Part shown: positions 60,701 to 64,000 of the stretch, piece by piece
Numbering within the stretch: the first letter of the stretch is position 1
How the letters are laid out: every line of letters starts with the position of its first letter
Assembly (NCBI GenBank): GCA_002269645.1
Contig: NIVC01001374.1
Location: forward strand, 186,001 to 250,000
Reading direction: 5' to 3'
DNA from: Macrostomum lignano
Taxonomy: Eukaryota
DNA length: 64,000 nucleotides
Notes under the pieces: generated by a model
The model's database searches: none
Seen by the model: only the letters and a program-made list of their open reading frames with translations
Told to the model about the DNA's origin: nothing
Program-made: the position numbers and the translations under genes

Positions 60701-62353
60701 TGATAGACTACTCCAGCGTCATCTAATTACATTTAGCAACTAATCAAAGCAATAACCGGCGCTATCCTATCGCAATTCACAGTTCAAACAAGTGGAGGAA
60801 TACATGGCCTACCGGAAGCTTCCTAGAGCTCTTCGTCAGAGGATAGCGAACTACTATGAGCACCGCTATCAGGGGAAGATGTTCAACGAGAATGACATTC
60901 TCAGCGAGCTCTCCGAATGTCTCAGAGAGGTATGAGCTCCCAACCAACTGCTCATTGGTTGGTTCGTTACGAGCGTACAACCACTATAAAAATAAATGTA
61001 GTAAAGATGTCAGCAAACGAATAATAATTATCAAGAGATGTTAAAACGAAAATAAAGTTACTCTACAAAAATAGGCCTGTAACTTTTTTTCGACCAATTG
61101 AGACTGTTAATGAAGTGACTTCTATCTGGTCCTTGCATGCGAATTGCGTCCGTGTCTCTAACCCGCAGCAAATCATCAACTACAACTGTCGGGCTCTGGT
61201 TGCCGCAGTTCCATTCTTCACCTACGCCGATCAGGATTTCGTATCCGAGGTGGTCACCAGACTGAAGTACGAAGTATTCCAACCCGGAGATCTCATCATT
61301 AAGGAGGGCACGATTGGAACTAAAATGTACTTTATTCAAGAGGGCATTGTGGATATAATTACTAAAGATGGCGAAGTGGCAACCAGTCTGTCGGACGGCT
61401 CATACTTTGGAGGTGAGTTCCACCCACTCATTAGAGAAAAGTTACTCTGATGAGTTACTCTGTGCTTGTACCTTTTTATTTCTATTGAGGATAAAACAAT
61501 CAAGCAAGGATTACATGAAATAATGATGAGACGGGAGTGCTTGCTTTTCAGCGGAAGTTAAAATTTGCAATTAACTCATGGATATATTGGACGCATGTTC
61601 ACTGACTTGAATTAATTAACATGATAAGTCACTCATGACAGGACATAGCACCAGCCAAGAGATATTTCAGACAGCCTTTTTTTTCATTTTCGACGTCCCG
61701 ATGAAGGATATCCTCAACGCAACCTATAAAGCATGGATTCTTAGCATGATCGGTCTTAATTAAAAGGATCGATAGACGCCCTGCCATTTACAGGCTTCCA
61801 CAGGCTTTGAAGTCACAGTTAAATTTCAATATTTGCAATACGCAGCTTCATTTGTCTCGCTTCTTTCACAGAAATCTGCCTGCTGACAAATGCCAGACGC
61901 GTCGCAAGCGTTCGCGCTGAGACCTACTGCAATCTGTACTCCTTGGAGAGGGAAAACTTCCTCTCCGTGCTCGACAATTACCCGCTCATGAGGCGCACGA
62001 TGGAGTCAGTGGCCGCCGAACGGCTCAGCAAAATTGGACAAAATCCACAACTGGTGAGCAACCGCGCCGACCTCAAGGAGGACCTCAATCTAGTCAAGGA
62101 GATCGTCGACCAAGCTGCCGCCGCGGCCGCCGAGGAGGCCGATTCTACCGACAATTCCGACGATTGCGACGGAGGTCATTCAGCCTCGTCATCCTATCAG
62201 CGATCCCGGACGCCGACCCCGACGCCAGCCTACCAGCAAAAGCCGTCATGGGAGGCGACTACATCGTCAGGAGCGGCGTTGACAATGCCCGGCGGAGAGC
62301 GGCGGAAGTCTGTAGTGCGGCTCGGTCTGGAGAAACTGGGAATTGCCAGGTAA
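54749..62353 (+). CDS. HCN: HCN (Ih) hyperpolarisation-activated cyclic-nucleotide-gated channel; exons ~54781-55605, 56289-56452, 56543-56710, 56878-56975, [57238-57387 | 58713-58862 | 59454-59603], 60172-60390, 60783-60929, 61169-61412, 61872-62353
   Basis: HCN domain ([15 protein letters not shown]...[14 protein letters not shown]), S4 [32 protein letters not shown], pore IGYG, C-linker [17 protein letters not shown]...GSYFGEICLL...RRVASVRA. The first coding exon(s) and the extreme C-terminus are unresolved. Confidence 0.95.
57238..57387 (+). CDS. HCN: HCN alternative S4-S5/S5/turret exon X1 (150 nt)
   Basis: tttcag acceptor, GTGAAG donor, phase 0/0; [50 protein letters not shown]. Confidence 0.85.
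58713..58862 (+). CDS. HCN: HCN alternative S4-S5/S5/turret exon X2 (150 nt)
   Basis: ttgcag acceptor, GTGACT donor, phase 0/0; [50 protein letters not shown]. Confidence 0.88.
59454..59603 (+). CDS. HCN: HCN alternative S4-S5/S5/turret exon X3 (150 nt, closest to canonical)
   Basis: tttcag acceptor, GTACCC donor, phase 0/0; [50 protein letters not shown]. Confidence 0.9.
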
Positions 62354-64000
62354 TAAATCCCTTTGTATAATATATAAATAGCTTTGGATAGCCTTTAGTA
62401 GCTTTCTGCGTTCTTGTGGCTTGGTAGTTCATGCTGATACAACAAGTATTTGAGTATTTGAGTTCGATTCCGTGAGCAATAGCGAAATGAAGCTGGGGCG
62501 GTTCGACTGTCGCTTTGTTTTGTGCAAGGGCCCAGTGTGACGTACGAGTCGATTTTATTTATTACGCTGTGAATTAGCTTTCAAAATATTTGCTTCAGTA
62601 ACCAGTAATAACAAACAAGACGACTCGCAAAAACTACAAGCATAATTTAAATTGGTTGGAGAAAACCAGCTTATTAAACCTAAACTAACTACAAAAAACG
62701 ATAATAATCCAAGAGACATAAATTAATGAAATCCAAAGTAAATTGTTGTCAAAATAACTTACATAAAAGCAATAAGTATATATTAAAAATTGTTTAACTT
62801 ACAAACTAATTTAAATACCTTAATTAGCATGAACCTAAAATAATTGTTATAACGACCAAACTGACGACGTAATTATATCAGAGACCACCTCAGTAAACAA
62901 ACTACAAGCTTATAAGCAGCAACGATTTTAGTACATTTGCGGGTCTGCAATCGTAGATAACGAACTTCCAGTGTAACTCAATACCGATGTCCATGTTAAC
63001 CAGGAACCGGTTTAGTGGCCGCAGACGCCACCACCAGCAACAGCAGCAGGGGCAGCAACAGGAGGACCAAGAGGGAGACGAGTCGCAGGCCCAGCAGGTC
63101 GAGCTGGAGCCGCTGTCTTCGCCACCACCCTATGCGACGACAACGACCTGCCGTGTCGAAATTAACCACGAATGACAGCTGTACTGGTATATTTTTTAAA
63201 TTTCAAAGCTTAAAGAAAACTTCAGAAAATGTTGTTTTATTTTTTTCTGCCACAATCAACCAAAATTAGCGAAACAATAAGGTTTGAGGCTATAAGAAAC
63301 GAGTAATATTAATTAATTACTTTCAGTGTAAGAATTCTGTTTAAAGGAAGATGAAAAGCCAAAAAAACAAAAAATCAAAATTAGGAATGAATACATATTA
63401 TTTGTTTCTCCTATTTTTGCAATCTAAAAATACGCATTGGTAGTAAATTTTCCTCAAGTTTTATTTGCATTCTCTTGTTAAAAAAGTAATCCGACACGAC
63501 GTCATGAGTTATTCATAATCCACGAAGAAACACGTACGTTTAAAAAAGTTTAAACCAAAACCAATCGCGCGAATTAAAAGTCTACACGCACTGCTTTTAG
63601 TAGCAACCAACAAAATAATTTTTGCTATTTTCAACAAGACATTTGTTTGTTTATTTCTTGTTCGAACAATGAGCGATAAATTTCTGTCTCCGACGAAACT
63701 CGTGGCCATTCATATCGAAATTTGTTACACCAACTTTGTAAACGCGATTAAAACTGTCTTTGAGATGCTATCTATCTATATTTAATAAAGTCTAATTAAC
63801 AAAAGTAATCTACTATTCTAGTCACCTATTTTGCATACAGAATTTGCTGCCACGGCACATCATAAGTCAGCCTACAACAGCACTAATAAGTATTATATTT
63901 GAGCACTTTATGTGTAATAATTGAGGACATTCCACATCCCCAATGAAATAAAGCTTCCCAGTGCTCAATGCTTCGATTATTAAACCCCGTTCATTCATGT

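Overview
Eukaryotic, animal-type genomic DNA: GT-AG spliced genes, TTAGGG repeats, LINE/SINE/DNA-transposon debris and about 20 unrelated minisatellites. The overall style suggests a repeat-rich invertebrate such as a free-living flatworm (inference only). Most short ORFs in the supplied track are spurious or are exon fragments. Recognisable genes are ZNRD2/SSSCA1, an OSBPL1A/ORP1L-like ankyrin-PH-FFAT protein that appears to lack its lipid-binding ORD, a Rab43/Rab19-like GTPase, calaxin/EFCAB1 and an HCN (Ih) channel. Two unexplained systems stand out. (1) At about 2-21 kb there is a cluster of five, possibly six, two-exon genes with the same design: signal peptide, a Cys at or next to the predicted mature N-terminus, a phase-1 intron, and a strongly basic mature chain. 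Three have a cationic amphipathic plus Gly/Ala-zipper architecture resembling antimicrobial or cytolytic peptides, and two are Lys/Glu coiled coils. The ORF track misses them because they are spliced. (2) The HCN gene carries three tandem, exactly 150-nt, phase-0 paralogous exons for the S4-S5 linker/S5/turret. They look mutually exclusive and differ at residues known to control HCN gating. All gene models were spliced by eye and none was checked against a database.
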